Part shown: one piece after another, positions 11,647-21,818 of the stretch | Numbering within the stretch: the stretch's first letter is position 1 | Layout: the number at the start of each line of letters is the position of its first letter | Virus record (IMG/VR): IMGVR_UViG_3300043436_004687 | Span: 275,636 to 339,635 of that record | Length of the DNA stretch: 64,000 nt | Strand: one strand, 5' to 3' | The notes under the pieces: generated by a model | What the model saw: the letters and a program-made list of their open reading frames with translations, nothing else | Told to the model about the DNA's origin: nothing | The model's database searches: none | Translations under genes and position numbers: made by a program

Positions 11647-12897
11647 AGTTCTACAAATTTTTTTAATGTTAACTTATCATCTATTTTTTTACAAATAGAG
11701 TAAGCGTCTAGTTTATGAGTATTGTTTTTGATTAATTTTTTTATTTCTTTCTTAACTAATTTACTCATTATATTTTACTCATTATATTTTACTTTGGTGA
11801 TTAATTTGTTTTCTCGATTAAAACCACCAGCAATATCCCAAGCCAAATAATTTCCATTACTCATTAACTTCCAATTATTTGAGTTTGATCCACTAAATTG
11901 ATTTCTATAGTAAGAATTACGTTTAAATTCAAATTTAACAAAAATAAATATGAATTTTAAAAATAAATTGTTGGTGCTTTTTATCAAAGCTTTATTAAAT
12001 GATTTATCAAAATAAGTTTTATTTCGTCCAACTTTTATGATGTAATAATCAAGATACTTACTAACTTTACTACCATAAATAAATTTATCTAAATTAAAAT
12101 ACCAATCTAATATCTTATCATTCATAATTCTATTTTTAAATCCTCCATTTTATTCCAAAAATAAGGTAACCCAAATTCTTTATATTTACCACCTTGATCC
12201 CATAAAACACCTATACCATCTGGATTGTTAAATTTAATTATTTTACCTTTTAAAGGAGTACCTTTATAGAAAACAACCTCATTTTTCAATTCATTACATG
12301 ATATAGACAAAACACTTGACATTTTATATTTTAATGATTCATCAGAAAACCAAGCACCATTATACCAATGACATTTGGTAACATAAAATCTATTATAATT
12401 TGTTTTAATTAAGAAATAATCTTCTGAATTAAAATATTCACTTTCATTATATTTTAACATCTTTCATAGATTTTACATAAGTCCTAAACAATTCTTCTTT
12501 TAATTTTAAACTTGAGTTTATTGTTGAAAAAGCAGCTAAATTATTTATTGAGTTATCATAAGTAGTACAATTATCAATACCTTGTAAAAGTTGTAATAAA
12601 TTTGATATGTCATTAATCAAATACTTTTTAAAATTTTCTTTGTTCATAATTATTTAGTTTTAAAATTCATTGCTTCTATCTCTTTGAGAAATATTTCTAA
12701 TTTCATTTAACATATCTTTGAATTTATCTTCAGCTTCATCGCAAATACAACAAACTACATATTTTCTATTGCAATATTTACAATTTGATAAATCACCAGA
12801 TAAATTTTTAGTTATCTTATCATTAGCCCATTGCATTTCCATTGCCTGGTTATATAAATCAATATTCAAATTCAATAATTGATCTCTTTTTAATATG

Positions 12898-13464
12898 TTA
12901 CTCATTTTTCATTCGATTACATAATTCTTCAAAAGCATCAAACACAACTTCCAACCAAAAATCAACTGTTTTACAAAAAGGTATTAATTCATAATCATCA
13001 ATATCAGTTTCCCTATAAGCTTTATAAGTGTATTCAAACTCATCATCAACACAATCCAATAATTCTCTAAATTGTTCTTTTAATTTTTTAAGTTCATCAC
13101 CTTCATAACCATAATCTTTAAGACCTGATTTAATAAGCTTATTTAACTCTTTTCTAGTTTTATCTCCATCATATTTTGAATATTCTTGTCTACTAGCAAT
13201 TCTTAACTTCTCAAACCAATAACTATCAGATACACCACCATCAGCACTTGGGTGAAATTCCCTATTAAAGGTCCATCTACCAAAATCCCCATCAACAGTT
13301 AATATTCCACAAGAATTGATAAATCTAACTCTATGGTAATAATTACTATCTGGTGCTTTTAAATCCCATATATCCAGAGAATGATAATCATTTTTAAAAT
13401 GTGTTTCTAAAACGATGTGTTTTGAAAAATCGACCTTAGTTCTTTTCTTATTATTATATGACAT
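12898..13464 (-). CDS. hypothetical phage protein
   Basis: 188-aa ORF in an operon-like run. Confidence 0.6.
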   Translation of the reverse strand: MSYNNKKRTKVDFSKHIVLETHFKNDYHSLDIWDLKAPDSNYYHRVRFINSCGILTVDGDFGRWTFNREFHPSADGGVSDSYWFEKLRIASRQEYSKYDGDKTRKELNKLIKSGLKDYGYEGDELKKLKEQFRELLDCVDDEFEYTYKAYRETDIDDYELIPFCKTVDFWLEVVFDAFEELCNRMKNE

Positions 13465-13924
13465 ATTTAGATCTATTTTTTAAAAAGAATATTTTCAAAC
13501 TTAATATCTACTGTATTATAAATTTGTTCCATAATTTCACAAATAGCTCCCTCAAAACTATCAGAAGCGAATTGAACCTCACATTTCCCATCCCTATAAC
13601 CATCGCCTTCATAGCATGGTTGGTCACTTTCTCTTGTCATCTCATAGTTTCTCAACTCCATTCCAGCAGTTGATAATAACATTTCGATAATTTTTTTATT
13701 TGTCATATTTTTTAAATTTTGTTTATTAATAAAATTCACTATTATCAATTTCTTCAATACACTCTAAATATTCCATATGAATTTTAGATTCGTTATCTTG
13801 ATATTTAAATAACCTATTTTTATTTTCGTAAAAAGCGGTTCTAATGCACCCACACTTAAGACATCTATCTTGACTGGAACTTAGCTTATTCCATTTATGG
13901 AATTTTTTGTTATTTCTATCAGCC

Positions 13925-14209
13925 CTAGCCATTTAATTTTATATGTTTATTTATCCATTCTAATCTAGGTTCAATTTTACCATCTTCCCAATAAAAAGCT
14001 TCAAGATAAAACCATTGTTTAAAAGCATCTAAACTAGAAAAAAGTGAAGGTCTATTATTTTTAATGTACTTAATTAACAACCCATATTCATCTGCCGTTA
14101 TTAAGTAATACAACTCTAATTTATATACCCAATGGCATAAACCGTTCTCAAATTTATCTTGATGTTGTAACATTAATTCTAGTAATTCTTTAATTGTTCT
14201 AACTTTCAT
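13925..14209 (-). CDS. paralog family 2 protein (copy 1 of 3)
   Basis: LELMLQHQD.F.NGLC.W...PRLEWINKHIK. Confidence 0.8.
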   Translation of the reverse strand: MKVRTIKELLELMLQHQDKFENGLCHWVYKLELYYLITADEYGLLIKYIKNNRPSLFSSLDAFKQWFYLEAFYWEDGKIEPRLEWINKHIKLNG

Positions 14210-14210
14210 T

Positions 14211-14492
14211 TTAATTTAATTTTATATGTTTATTAATCCATTCTAATCTAGGTTTTATATTACCCATTTTCCAATAATAAGCGTCTGGAAAAAAATATAG
14301 TTCAAAAGCATCTAAACTAGAAAAAATCCAGGGTCTATTATTTTTAATATATTTTAATAAAATACCTAATTCATCCATTGTAATTAATTTATTTGCATTC
14401 AAACTAAAAGCCCAATCACATAAACCATTATTAAAGTCATCTTGATGTTGTAGCATTAATTCTAGTAATTCTTTAATTGACTTAATATTCAT
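14211..14492 (-). CDS. paralog family 2 protein (copy 2 of 3)
   Basis: Highly similar to 13925..14209. Confidence 0.8.
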   Translation of the reverse strand: MNIKSIKELLELMLQHQDDFNNGLCDWAFSLNANKLITMDELGILLKYIKNNRPWIFSSLDAFELYFFPDAYYWKMGNIKPRLEWINKHIKLN

Positions 14493-14493
14493 C

Positions 14494-14787
14494 TTAATTG
14501 ATTTTTATATGTTTATTTATCCATTTTAATCTGGGGTTTATTTCACCAAATCCCCAATAATATTCAGGATAATCGAAAAGGGTTTTAAATGAACTCCAAC
14601 TGGAGTATACTGGTGGTTTATTTTCACGAATATATTTTTTTAATATTTCATATTCATTACTAGTGATAAAACGTCTTATGCGTAAATGATAAATCCAGTT
14701 ACACAAACCACTTCTAAATAGATTTTGGTGTTCCAACATCACCTCTAACCATTTTAAAAACCCATTCTTTGTTAGTTGTTCTTGCAT
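14494..14787 (-). CDS. paralog family 2 protein (copy 3 of 3)
   Basis: LEVMLEHQ..F.SGLCNW...NPRLKWINKHIK; likely start MQEQL. Confidence 0.75.
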   Translation of the reverse strand: MQEQLTKNGFLKWLEVMLEHQNLFRSGLCNWIYHLRIRRFITSNEYEILKKYIRENKPPVYSSWSSFKTLFDYPEYYWGFGEINPRLKWINKHIKIN

Positions 14788-15173
14788 ATTTCTATTAATT
14801 TTTTTAAACATTCTAACTCAGCTTCTTCATAATTTTTATAAGTAGGTGAGTAAAAATCTATACAATTAGTCTTATCAATACCAAAATAATAACCAATTTG
14901 ATTTATTTGTTTATACTCTTTCTTTATAAAAGAGTCTAAATTATAAACTACTCTAAACCATTTAAAGGTTTGTTGATATAATGGTGCTAATGTTAAATCA
15001 TCTATTTTATAACCTAAAGATTTAGAAATGCCTGATATAGACATTCCCCAATGCTGATCAACAGCTTTTAAATTGTTATCTTTACTATAAAACCCTAAAC
15101 ATTCCTCATCAAAACCTAATTCTTTTAAACTCAACGCTTGTTCGTAAGGTATAAATTCTTTATTCATCTCCAC
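14772..15173 (-). CDS. paralog family 1 protein (KEFIPYE subtype)
   Basis: MNKEFIPYEQALSLKELGFDEEC...APLYQQTFKWFR...YEEAELECLKKLIE. Confidence 0.8.
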   Translation of the reverse strand: MEMNKEFIPYEQALSLKELGFDEECLGFYSKDNNLKAVDQHWGMSISGISKSLGYKIDDLTLAPLYQQTFKWFRVVYNLDSFIKKEYKQINQIGYYFGIDKTNCIDFYSPTYKNYEEAELECLKKLIEICKNN

Positions 15174-15264
15174 TTCCTTTTTTAATTAAAAAATACCATA
15201 ACCAAATTATTTTTGGTCTTATTAACTCATAAGCTAACCAAATTAGTAAATACTTTATCCCCAT
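15160..15264 (-). CDS. small hydrophobic protein (34 aa), duplicated near 63.8 kb
   Basis: MGIKYLLIWLAYELIRPKIIWLWYFLIKKGSGDE; overlaps the start/stop of both neighbours. Confidence 0.5.
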   Translation of the reverse strand: MGIKYLLIWLAYELIRPKIIWLWYFLIKKGSGDE

Positions 15265-15422
15265 AATGTAATTAATGCATGAGATGTGCCAGTTAGAACT
15301 AAAATAAACATTGCAATAAACACACGTCTTTCTTTAGTTTGATCATTTAATAAGTCAATTATCACACAAGATAGGATAAACCCTATCAATAAAACATATG
15401 TTGTTAAAAAAAATCTATCCAT
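15255..15422 (-). CDS. small two-helix membrane protein (55 aa), duplicated near 63.9 kb
   Basis: MDRFFLTTYVLLIGFILSCVIIDLLNDQTKERRVFIAMFILVLTGTSHALITLWG; promoter TATCTTTG at 15453-15460. Confidence 0.6.
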   Translation of the reverse strand: MDRFFLTTYVLLIGFILSCVIIDLLNDQTKERRVFIAMFILVLTGTSHALITLWG

Positions 15423-15485
15423 AATTATTATTTTTAGTTATTTATTATTCAACAAAGATATAACTTTATTTTTTAATATCCTAAT

Positions 15486-16703
15486 TTAATCAAAACATTT
15501 TCCATACTTCTTTAAAAACAATTTCCTAAACCCTTCAGCATACTTCAAATAATAAGAAGATTCTTTACCCATAAACTCACTCTTTAATTTCTCATATTTC
15601 TTTTGGTCTCTAATATCATTAAAATTATGAAAAGTCCAAAACTTATCTAAGGTCCTAAAATTTCTATCACCAGGGTTCAACAACCACATTTCCCAACTAC
15701 AAGTTCTATAAGAAAGGTCATTATGTTTCTTATTCATATAATCTTTTATAGGGGTATCATTATATTTCAACAATCCCTTATCCTTTAAAAAATCAATAAA
15801 TTCATGTAAATAAAGTAATTTAGAAATCCCACCATTATTCTTATGATTCATCATTTCACCCACATCAAAATATGTATTGTCAACATCATAAAAACCAATG
15901 TGAAGACTCTTATACTCATCTGGGATATCAGTATCATCAATCCAAGTATAATAACTATACCCACTACCAAAACTAGATTTTAAATGAAACCCTAAATAAT
16001 AAAGAAAATGCTGTTCATCACCAATCAATACATTCTTAAAATCCAATTTATATAGCTTATGGGAAAGATCGATATCAAAGGTATAACAAGCACAACCCCA
16101 AGGAGTATTCCCATACTCAATAAATTTAACCTTCCTTAAAATGGCTTGCTCAATAATCTTAGCATATTTAGGATAAACCTTATATGCTGGAGTATAACTA
16201 CCACTCACTTCATGACCCCTAAACACAACAGTCAATATAGTACCATCAGTTATATATTTAAATGCAGAAAAACGATAACGATAATTGTCTTTAATATTCA
16301 TTATCTTATTCAAGATACTTAAATATCGATTCTTCTTATTATAGGAAAGGGTTTTTATGATAGTATCATATGATGTTATCATTTTCTTTCTCTCAACAAA
16401 GATACCTTGATTCAACATTTCAGAAGACAAAACATCAAGCGTGGAAATGCTTTTATAATATTCACCACCTAATGAAGGTAAAACAAATTTATTAGTATTG
16501 TCTACGATTAATTCGCTATCATTCTTATCAAGAGAAATAATCCCCTTATCAGGCAAATCTAAAATGAAATCGGGTTTATAACAACCCATCTTTATCTTTA
16601 GTTCCATATTATAGACTAATTTGTTTCTTTTTACAACACCAGCATAATTCAACCCCATTTTTATTTCTGAAATAACCATCAAGTCTAGTTTTTCCATTAT
16701 CAC
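15486..16703 (-). CDS. hypothetical protein (405 aa)
   Basis: Long ORF with no recognisable catalytic motif. Confidence 0.65.
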   Translation of the reverse strand: MIMEKLDLMVISEIKMGLNYAGVVKRNKLVYNMELKIKMGCYKPDFILDLPDKGIISLDKNDSELIVDNTNKFVLPSLGGEYYKSISTLDVLSSEMLNQGIFVERKKMITSYDTIIKTLSYNKKNRYLSILNKIMNIKDNYRYRFSAFKYITDGTILTVVFRGHEVSGSYTPAYKVYPKYAKIIEQAILRKVKFIEYGNTPWGCACYTFDIDLSHKLYKLDFKNVLIGDEQHFLYYLGFHLKSSFGSGYSYYTWIDDTDIPDEYKSLHIGFYDVDNTYFDVGEMMNHKNNGGISKLLYLHEFIDFLKDKGLLKYNDTPIKDYMNKKHNDLSYRTCSWEMWLLNPGDRNFRTLDKFWTFHNFNDIRDQKKYEKLKSEFMGKESSYYLKYAEGFRKLFLKKYGKCFD

Positions 16704-17167
16704 AAAATAATCTTACATCATTTTTAAGATGCTTTTTAATATATTTTTTCATATAATTTATTTTGAAAAGAATCTTTCCCTATTAGCAAAACGAGGTTCT
16801 ATTATATCAGCAACAATCTCAATAAATGATTCGTCAATGACCCCATCATAAGTAAGCCAAGCAGTTTCCTTCCCCTCCTGCTCATACCCAATATTCTTTT
16901 CACCAAACACCCTTTGACATCTTATTATCTCCTCATTAAACCCCAATTCAACAAATTTTAAACAATTAGGTTCTTGACATAATAAAAATTGCAACCAATG
17001 ATAACCATCGGTATTGCTAGACAATCTTATATCACCATCATCATAAACTTCAATAGTTACGTTGCATTTTTGTTTTTCAAAGGTAAAATCAATATGATAC
17101 TCAGTTTCATAACCATAATAATCTTTATCCAAACCAGTTTTCTTTGTAATCAAATAAGACATATATT

Positions 17168-17998
17168 TTATTGTTTCTTTTTAAGTTGATTAAACCATTC
17201 TTTAGTGGGAATTTCACTTAAATTTATCTCTTTTGGTAAATTCCTTACACCTTTTTCATACCCCGCTTCAAACATAATTTTCATATCTTCAGCACTATAA
17301 CTTCTTTCTTGTTGAACTTTCAAATCATCATACATTTTACTAAATGAATCATTGTAATAAAAACAATCTTTGTGATGTTTTATTTCCCCACCATAAAAAT
17401 GTTTACACCCAGGAACACATTTATCTTCTTCTGGTAAAATTACATTACCCTTACACCAACCATAATCATACTTGTGTTCTTCATTCTGAATATTACCATG
17501 AACGTTACAACAAGCATTGTTATATGGATGCCCAATTTCACAAATACAAGTATCTTCTTTTGGAATGATGGTTTTATAGCCCAATAACGGCTTAAATTCT
17601 AATCCGTTTTTACAACCAATAATATCTTTTTCAGTTTGAATACTATCACAACCTGGATTCTTAATAAACCATTCTAAAAATTCATTAGGAATAGCTTGTA
17701 CACCATCTTTGATTAAATCTTCATCAGTTGTTAGGATAATTTTTTTATAACCAAAAGTACCATTACAAAATAAGTTTTTATTATATTTAATAGGTTTAGT
17801 GTCTAGTTTATGTAAACACCAATTTCCTTCTTTGATCTCTTCATCAGAAGTTATAAAAATATTCAATTTAGTGGTGGTTTTACCATATTCCTTACTATCA
17901 TTTTTAGTGAAAATGTGAATATCACCATACTGGTCTTTAACTAAATTACCAACAGTTTTTATTGGCTTATCTGTTGGCAAAAGAAATACGTTTTTCAT
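17168..17998 (-). CDS. paralog family 3 protein
   Basis: KKIILTTDEDLIKDGVQAIPNEFLEWFI motif, shared with the 32.6-33.0 kb gene and 59887..60624. Confidence 0.7.
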   Translation of the reverse strand: MKNVFLLPTDKPIKTVGNLVKDQYGDIHIFTKNDSKEYGKTTTKLNIFITSDEEIKEGNWCLHKLDTKPIKYNKNLFCNGTFGYKKIILTTDEDLIKDGVQAIPNEFLEWFIKNPGCDSIQTEKDIIGCKNGLEFKPLLGYKTIIPKEDTCICEIGHPYNNACCNVHGNIQNEEHKYDYGWCKGNVILPEEDKCVPGCKHFYGGEIKHHKDCFYYNDSFSKMYDDLKVQQERSYSAEDMKIMFEAGYEKGVRNLPKEINLSEIPTKEWFNQLKKKQ

Positions 17999-17999
17999 A

Positions 18000-18422
18000 T
18001 TATTTATCTTTTACAATTTCAATTAATTTTTTAATACAAGCCAATTCAGCTTCTTTATACTGCTTGTTATTAAAGGTATCTAAACCATCAATACAATGAG
18101 GGTAATATACATCAGAAACAAAGGTATTACTTTCATCTAATTGTTTAATACTAATCTTTAGTAAGTAAGGCTCCTTATAAGAATCCAAATCAATTTCACT
18201 ATATAGATTATACTTATCCCTAAACCATTTAAATGCTTGTTGATACAAAGGGGCAGTTATTGGTCTAGTAGGTAGAGTGTTAAAAACACTTGTATTTGTA
18301 TGAGTGTTACTAAAGTTAATCAAATCTTTATATTCTTCAGTATAACCTTTAAAACAAGGTTCATCAAAACCCAACTCTTTCATCACCAACGCTTCTTCGT
18401 AAGGTATAAATTGTTCATTCAT
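18000..18422 (-). CDS. paralog family 1 protein (EQFIPYE subtype)
   Basis: MNEQFIPYEEALVMKELGFDEPC...APLYQQAFKWFR...KEAELACIKKLIE; starts downstream of the promoter at 18449. Confidence 0.8.
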   Translation of the reverse strand: MNEQFIPYEEALVMKELGFDEPCFKGYTEEYKDLINFSNTHTNTSVFNTLPTRPITAPLYQQAFKWFRDKYNLYSEIDLDSYKEPYLLKISIKQLDESNTFVSDVYYPHCIDGLDTFNNKQYKEAELACIKKLIEIVKDK

Positions 18423-18476
18423 AATTGTATAATTTAAATTATTTTCTACAAAGATACAATATAATATTTTAATACA

Positions 18477-18778
18477 CAAATTTTTCCCAAAAAATTTTTA
18501 ATAGATCCCCATATAGAAACAACAACAAGAAATTAGAGGGTGCCTAATATTTAAAAGCAAAAAATTCCCCAAAAAATTTTAAGGGGAATCCATATGTAAA
18601 CAATAAGGGGGAAAATTGCCAGGAAAGAAATATATTTTATAAGAACAAAATTTACCAAAAAATTTTTGAACATCAATCTGATTGCCCATATAGCATAGCG
18701 TACGGGAGGGGTAGTAAGAAAGGTTACGGGAGGGAGGTCTGACGTACAGGGAGGGGTATGTATTAGTTATAACTAATA
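18477..18778. repeat. non-coding repeat locus (origin- or terminus-like)
   Basis: Three degenerate AAATT..CCAAAAAATTTT...CCATAT units at ~18477, 18558 and 18646; three TAC(A)GGGAGGG units at 18701, 18725 and 18745; perfect 18-bp palindrome TATTAGTTATAACTAATA at 18761-18778. Confidence 0.75.
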
Positions 18779-18815
18779 ATGTGGTTGTTTTAAAAAGTTT
18801 GTTATATTTATTAAT

Positions 18816-19442
18816 ATGAGAAACGAAAAATTAAAAGGTGCTAAAGAAAAATTAAAAAGACGTGGTATAGATAATTACAATAAGTATTTTTTTAATAATT
18901 ATGAATCTATTCACTATATAGTTGATTGTTTAGATAATAATATCGAAATTAATATTAATAAATGTGATACTATATTTAACATCAGTGAATTTAATATGAT
19001 TAAAATTTATGAATTGATTAGTTATTATCCTAAAAAGTTAAAAGAAATTAAAATCATAACAGACAATGTAATTAATGAATTATATTCTATATATGGTACT
19101 ACAATTGATATAATGAATTGTAAAAAAAATAATACTAATGTTAGAGGTAAATTATTTAATTCAGCTAATGTTAGAATAAAAGAATTAAAAAGAGAAACCA
19201 ATATTACAAGTGAAGATATTATTTTAGTTAACAAATGTCCTTATTTAGATATTGAACTTTGTTATACTAATACAATAGCTTCTTATAATTCACCATCATT
19301 GGACAGAATTGATAATTCAAAGGGTTATTTAAAAGATAACATTCAAGTAATTTCTTTTTTAGCTAATACAATGAAAGCAAGTGCAAGTAAAGAACAGCTT
19401 TTAAAATTTTCAAAGAACGTAATTAAAATGTATGATAAATAG
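18816..19442 (+). CDS. HNH-type (homing) endonuclease
   Basis: C-terminal CPYL...SPSLDRIDNSKGYLKDNIQVISFLANTMK; opposite strand to neighbours. Confidence 0.8.
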   Translation: MRNEKLKGAKEKLKRRGIDNYNKYFFNNYESIHYIVDCLDNNIEININKCDTIFNISEFNMIKIYELISYYPKKLKEIKIITDNVINELYSIYGTTIDIMNCKKNNTNVRGKLFNSANVRIKELKRETNITSEDIILVNKCPYLDIELCYTNTIASYNSPSLDRIDNSKGYLKDNIQVISFLANTMKASASKEQLLKFSKNVIKMYDK

Positions 19443-19473
19443 CTCGTTTAAGCCATTATCTTAATAGATCCAT

Positions 19474-19584
19474 CTATGAGTTCCACGCAATATAATATAG
19501 TGCGGTAAATACGATAAAAACAATTGCGTATAGTTGTCCTACTGATGCTTGTCTTTTAGTTTGATTAAATTCAGAATTTTTCAT
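19474..19584 (-). CDS. small membrane peptide (36 aa)
   Basis: MKNSEFNQTKRQASVGQLYAIVFIVFTALYYIAWNS; promoter-like TATTTG box at ~19608. Confidence 0.5.
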   Translation of the reverse strand: MKNSEFNQTKRQASVGQLYAIVFIVFTALYYIAWNS

Positions 19585-19810
19585 TGTTATATATTTTAAT
19601 GTTAATGCAAATATAGTAATTAAATTTGATGTATGCAAATTTATTATGTTAAAATTTGCATTCCCACCTCAACAAAATGACTTATTGGTGTTCTAACTAA
19701 TCTATCCTTATCATCGTCCCACCGAATAAATAAATCATTATTTTCAATTTTTTCTATTGTGCCAAATAATATATTATCTAAATGCACTCTATCGTTTACT
19801 TTATATTCCA

Positions 19811-20305
19811 TTACTCTATTAATAATTTGTTATTGTTTAGGAATATGTTAACTTCTTTGAATGTTTGTGCTACCTTTGTAAATTGTTCAATTTGGTTTTC
19901 TGTTAATTCTTGAGTTCTATCGAAAAAACCTGCTCCGTGACCATTTCTAGTTAACCAAAAATCATGTCCCATTTGTGATGCTTCTAATGATGTAATGTCG
20001 TTAACTTGTGTTAAGAATGATTCACAATCGTTTTTAGCTTGTTTAAGGTTTGAATTTTCAAATATGCTATCTACATTGTCAAGGTCTTCATTTGTCCATT
20101 GTGCGCATTCTAAATAACCATTAACCATATCATTAAGATATTGTTGATAAAGCAAATAATTTCTATTTGTCTCATATTGGTCTTTATCGATTAGTTGACT
20201 TAATGATAATCTATTGTTATATAGAAAGGTTTCTTTTATAGAATTTTCTTTATTTTCTAGGAAGTCTAATACTGCTAATGATACGTTTTCTCTATTGATT
20301 TTCAT
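19811..20305 (-). CDS. conserved phage protein (GHDFWLTRNGHGAGF motif)
   Basis: Widespread phage motif; has its own promoter repeat at 20321. Confidence 0.7.
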   Translation of the reverse strand: MKINRENVSLAVLDFLENKENSIKETFLYNNRLSLSQLIDKDQYETNRNYLLYQQYLNDMVNGYLECAQWTNEDLDNVDSIFENSNLKQAKNDCESFLTQVNDITSLEASQMGHDFWLTRNGHGAGFFDRTQELTENQIEQFTKVAQTFKEVNIFLNNNKLLIE

Positions 20306-20748
20306 TTTGAATTGTGTTATTTGATTAATACACTACAAAGATATGAATTTATATCTTATAAAACAAACTTATTATGTTAAAGTTTTGAGTTATAATATTC
20401 AATAAATTTTTCAAGGGTTTTAAAATAACCTAATACAAACCCTTCGTCTTCGGACTCTTCAAAACCATCAAATTTGGGTGCATCTAATTCGGGAGCGCAC
20501 ATTTGATAACGTTCCATAATTTGGGTTAATAAGCTTGTTTCTCTCGAAATTAAAGCGCCTATTTCCTTACGATTAAATATAATTGATTGGTAGTATTCTC
20601 GACCTCTGCCAGTCGAATTTGGTTCACTAAAAGTAATTTGATTTGTGTTTGTGATTCTCATAATGTTTGTTGATTAATACATAGCAAAGATATAACTTTA
20701 TATTTAGATATACAAATAAAAAGTGAATTATTTTCAAATATGCGTTAT

Positions 20749-20829
20749 AAAAAAATATAAGGTAGGTTGGAGTCTACTCTTCCACCTTGTTAGGGTACGC
20801 CCTTTGGGAGTTTTGCTCTACCAACACTA
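20749..20829 (-). ncRNA. putative small RNA, GTRGACTCC family, copy A
   Basis: TTTG (20858-61) N20 TACCTTTG (20830-37), then TAGTGTTGGTAGAG-variable-GTAGACTCCAACCTACCTTATA-T7. Confidence 0.65.
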
Positions 20830-20845
20830 CAAAGGTATGAATAAA

Positions 20846-20961
20846 GATCCATATATGCAAATAAAAAGTGTTAAATTTTTACAAATAAAAAACCCTATTC
20901 ACTCTGAAGTTTGGAATAGGGTTTTTAAAAACAAATGTTAGTATTAATCAGATAAAACATT
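20846..20961. repeat. 116-bp perfect direct repeat, copy 1 (copy 2 at 23257-23372)
   Basis: Identical; contains terminator hairpin and the -33 box of the sRNA promoter. Confidence 0.9.
20886..20927. terminator. intrinsic terminator
   Basis: AAAAAACCCTATTC...GAATAGGGTTTTT; duplicated at ~23297-23338. Confidence 0.75.
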
Positions 20962-21231
20962 TTTCTTTTTAGGGTTCAATAAACTATCTATAAATTTATT
21001 GAATGTATTTCTTTTGTAGGGTTTGTAATTTATTTCGGTATTGAATAAGGCTTTAAATTTATTCAATTGGTACTGAATACCCGATTTTTGCAATTTGATA
21101 GGATTTTCTTTTTTCAATCTATTTTTGAATGAAATTGAAAATCTTTTTAGGTCGTAATAGCTAGGAATTATTTGAATGTTTAAAATTCTCAAGCTATATA
21201 ATTTATAATCGTTTCTAAATGATTTCATATA

Positions 21232-21753
21232 TTAATAATTGTATGAATTAATAAATTTTACACAAGCGTTATAAGTCGCATTTATTTTTGATTCATTAAA
21301 AGAAAATGAACCACTTTGTATAAATAATTCTCTTTCGTCATTTGGTTCAATTACACAACTATAATTTTCTATGTTAACACTATATCCTAAACTTTCAATC
21401 TTTTCAACTACTTTCATTAACCAATTCCAGTCAGTATGATATTTAGAATATTTTGCAATACCTTGAATTACTTTCTCAATATCGTTTTCTCTTATTGAGA
21501 AAAAAGGCATATCTGAAAAACTATAAACTCCATCTAATTCACATTTAGGTTTTAAACCAACAAATTCGTTTATAATTCTATTATTTTCTTCAATAGTTGG
21601 AACAATGTTTAAACTTTCCTTTGCTCTTTCAAGGGTGTTAAAATCTCCGCTTTCAAAGTTTTCCCCATTTTCAAAGATTCGTGTAAAGAATTTTTTACCT
21701 TCTTTAACTACTTGCATATTGTTTTTTTCAAAAACTACTTCTTGTGTGTTCAT
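21232..21753 (-). CDS. paralog family 4 protein (DWNWLM motif)
   Basis: NRIINEFVG...YHTDWNWLMKVVEKIESLG; paralogs at 43949 and 45461. Confidence 0.75.
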   Translation of the reverse strand: MNTQEVVFEKNNMQVVKEGKKFFTRIFENGENFESGDFNTLERAKESLNIVPTIEENNRIINEFVGLKPKCELDGVYSFSDMPFFSIRENDIEKVIQGIAKYSKYHTDWNWLMKVVEKIESLGYSVNIENYSCVIEPNDERELFIQSGSFSFNESKINATYNACVKFINSYNY

Positions 21754-21818
21754 AATGTTTTTTTGTTATCTTGATTAATACACTACAAAGATATAACTTT
21801 ATTTTTTAATATGCAAAT

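Larger units (their letters stand above)
15106..15426. repeat. 321-bp perfect direct repeat, copy 1 (copy 2 at 63680-64000)
   Basis: Identical by direct comparison. Confidence 0.95.

Noticed and set aside
15486-16703. Reverse transcriptase / retron / DGR explanation for the ncRNAs and paralog diversity
   Set aside because: No RT motifs were recognised in this or any other ORF, and no adenine-specific template/variable repeat pair was seen; an RT outside the window cannot be excluded
18699-18760. Similarity of TACGGGAGG (and AGACTCC in the sRNAs) to the 16S rRNA 338 region
   Set aside because: Only 7-9 nt matches with no flanking rRNA homology; treated as coincidence
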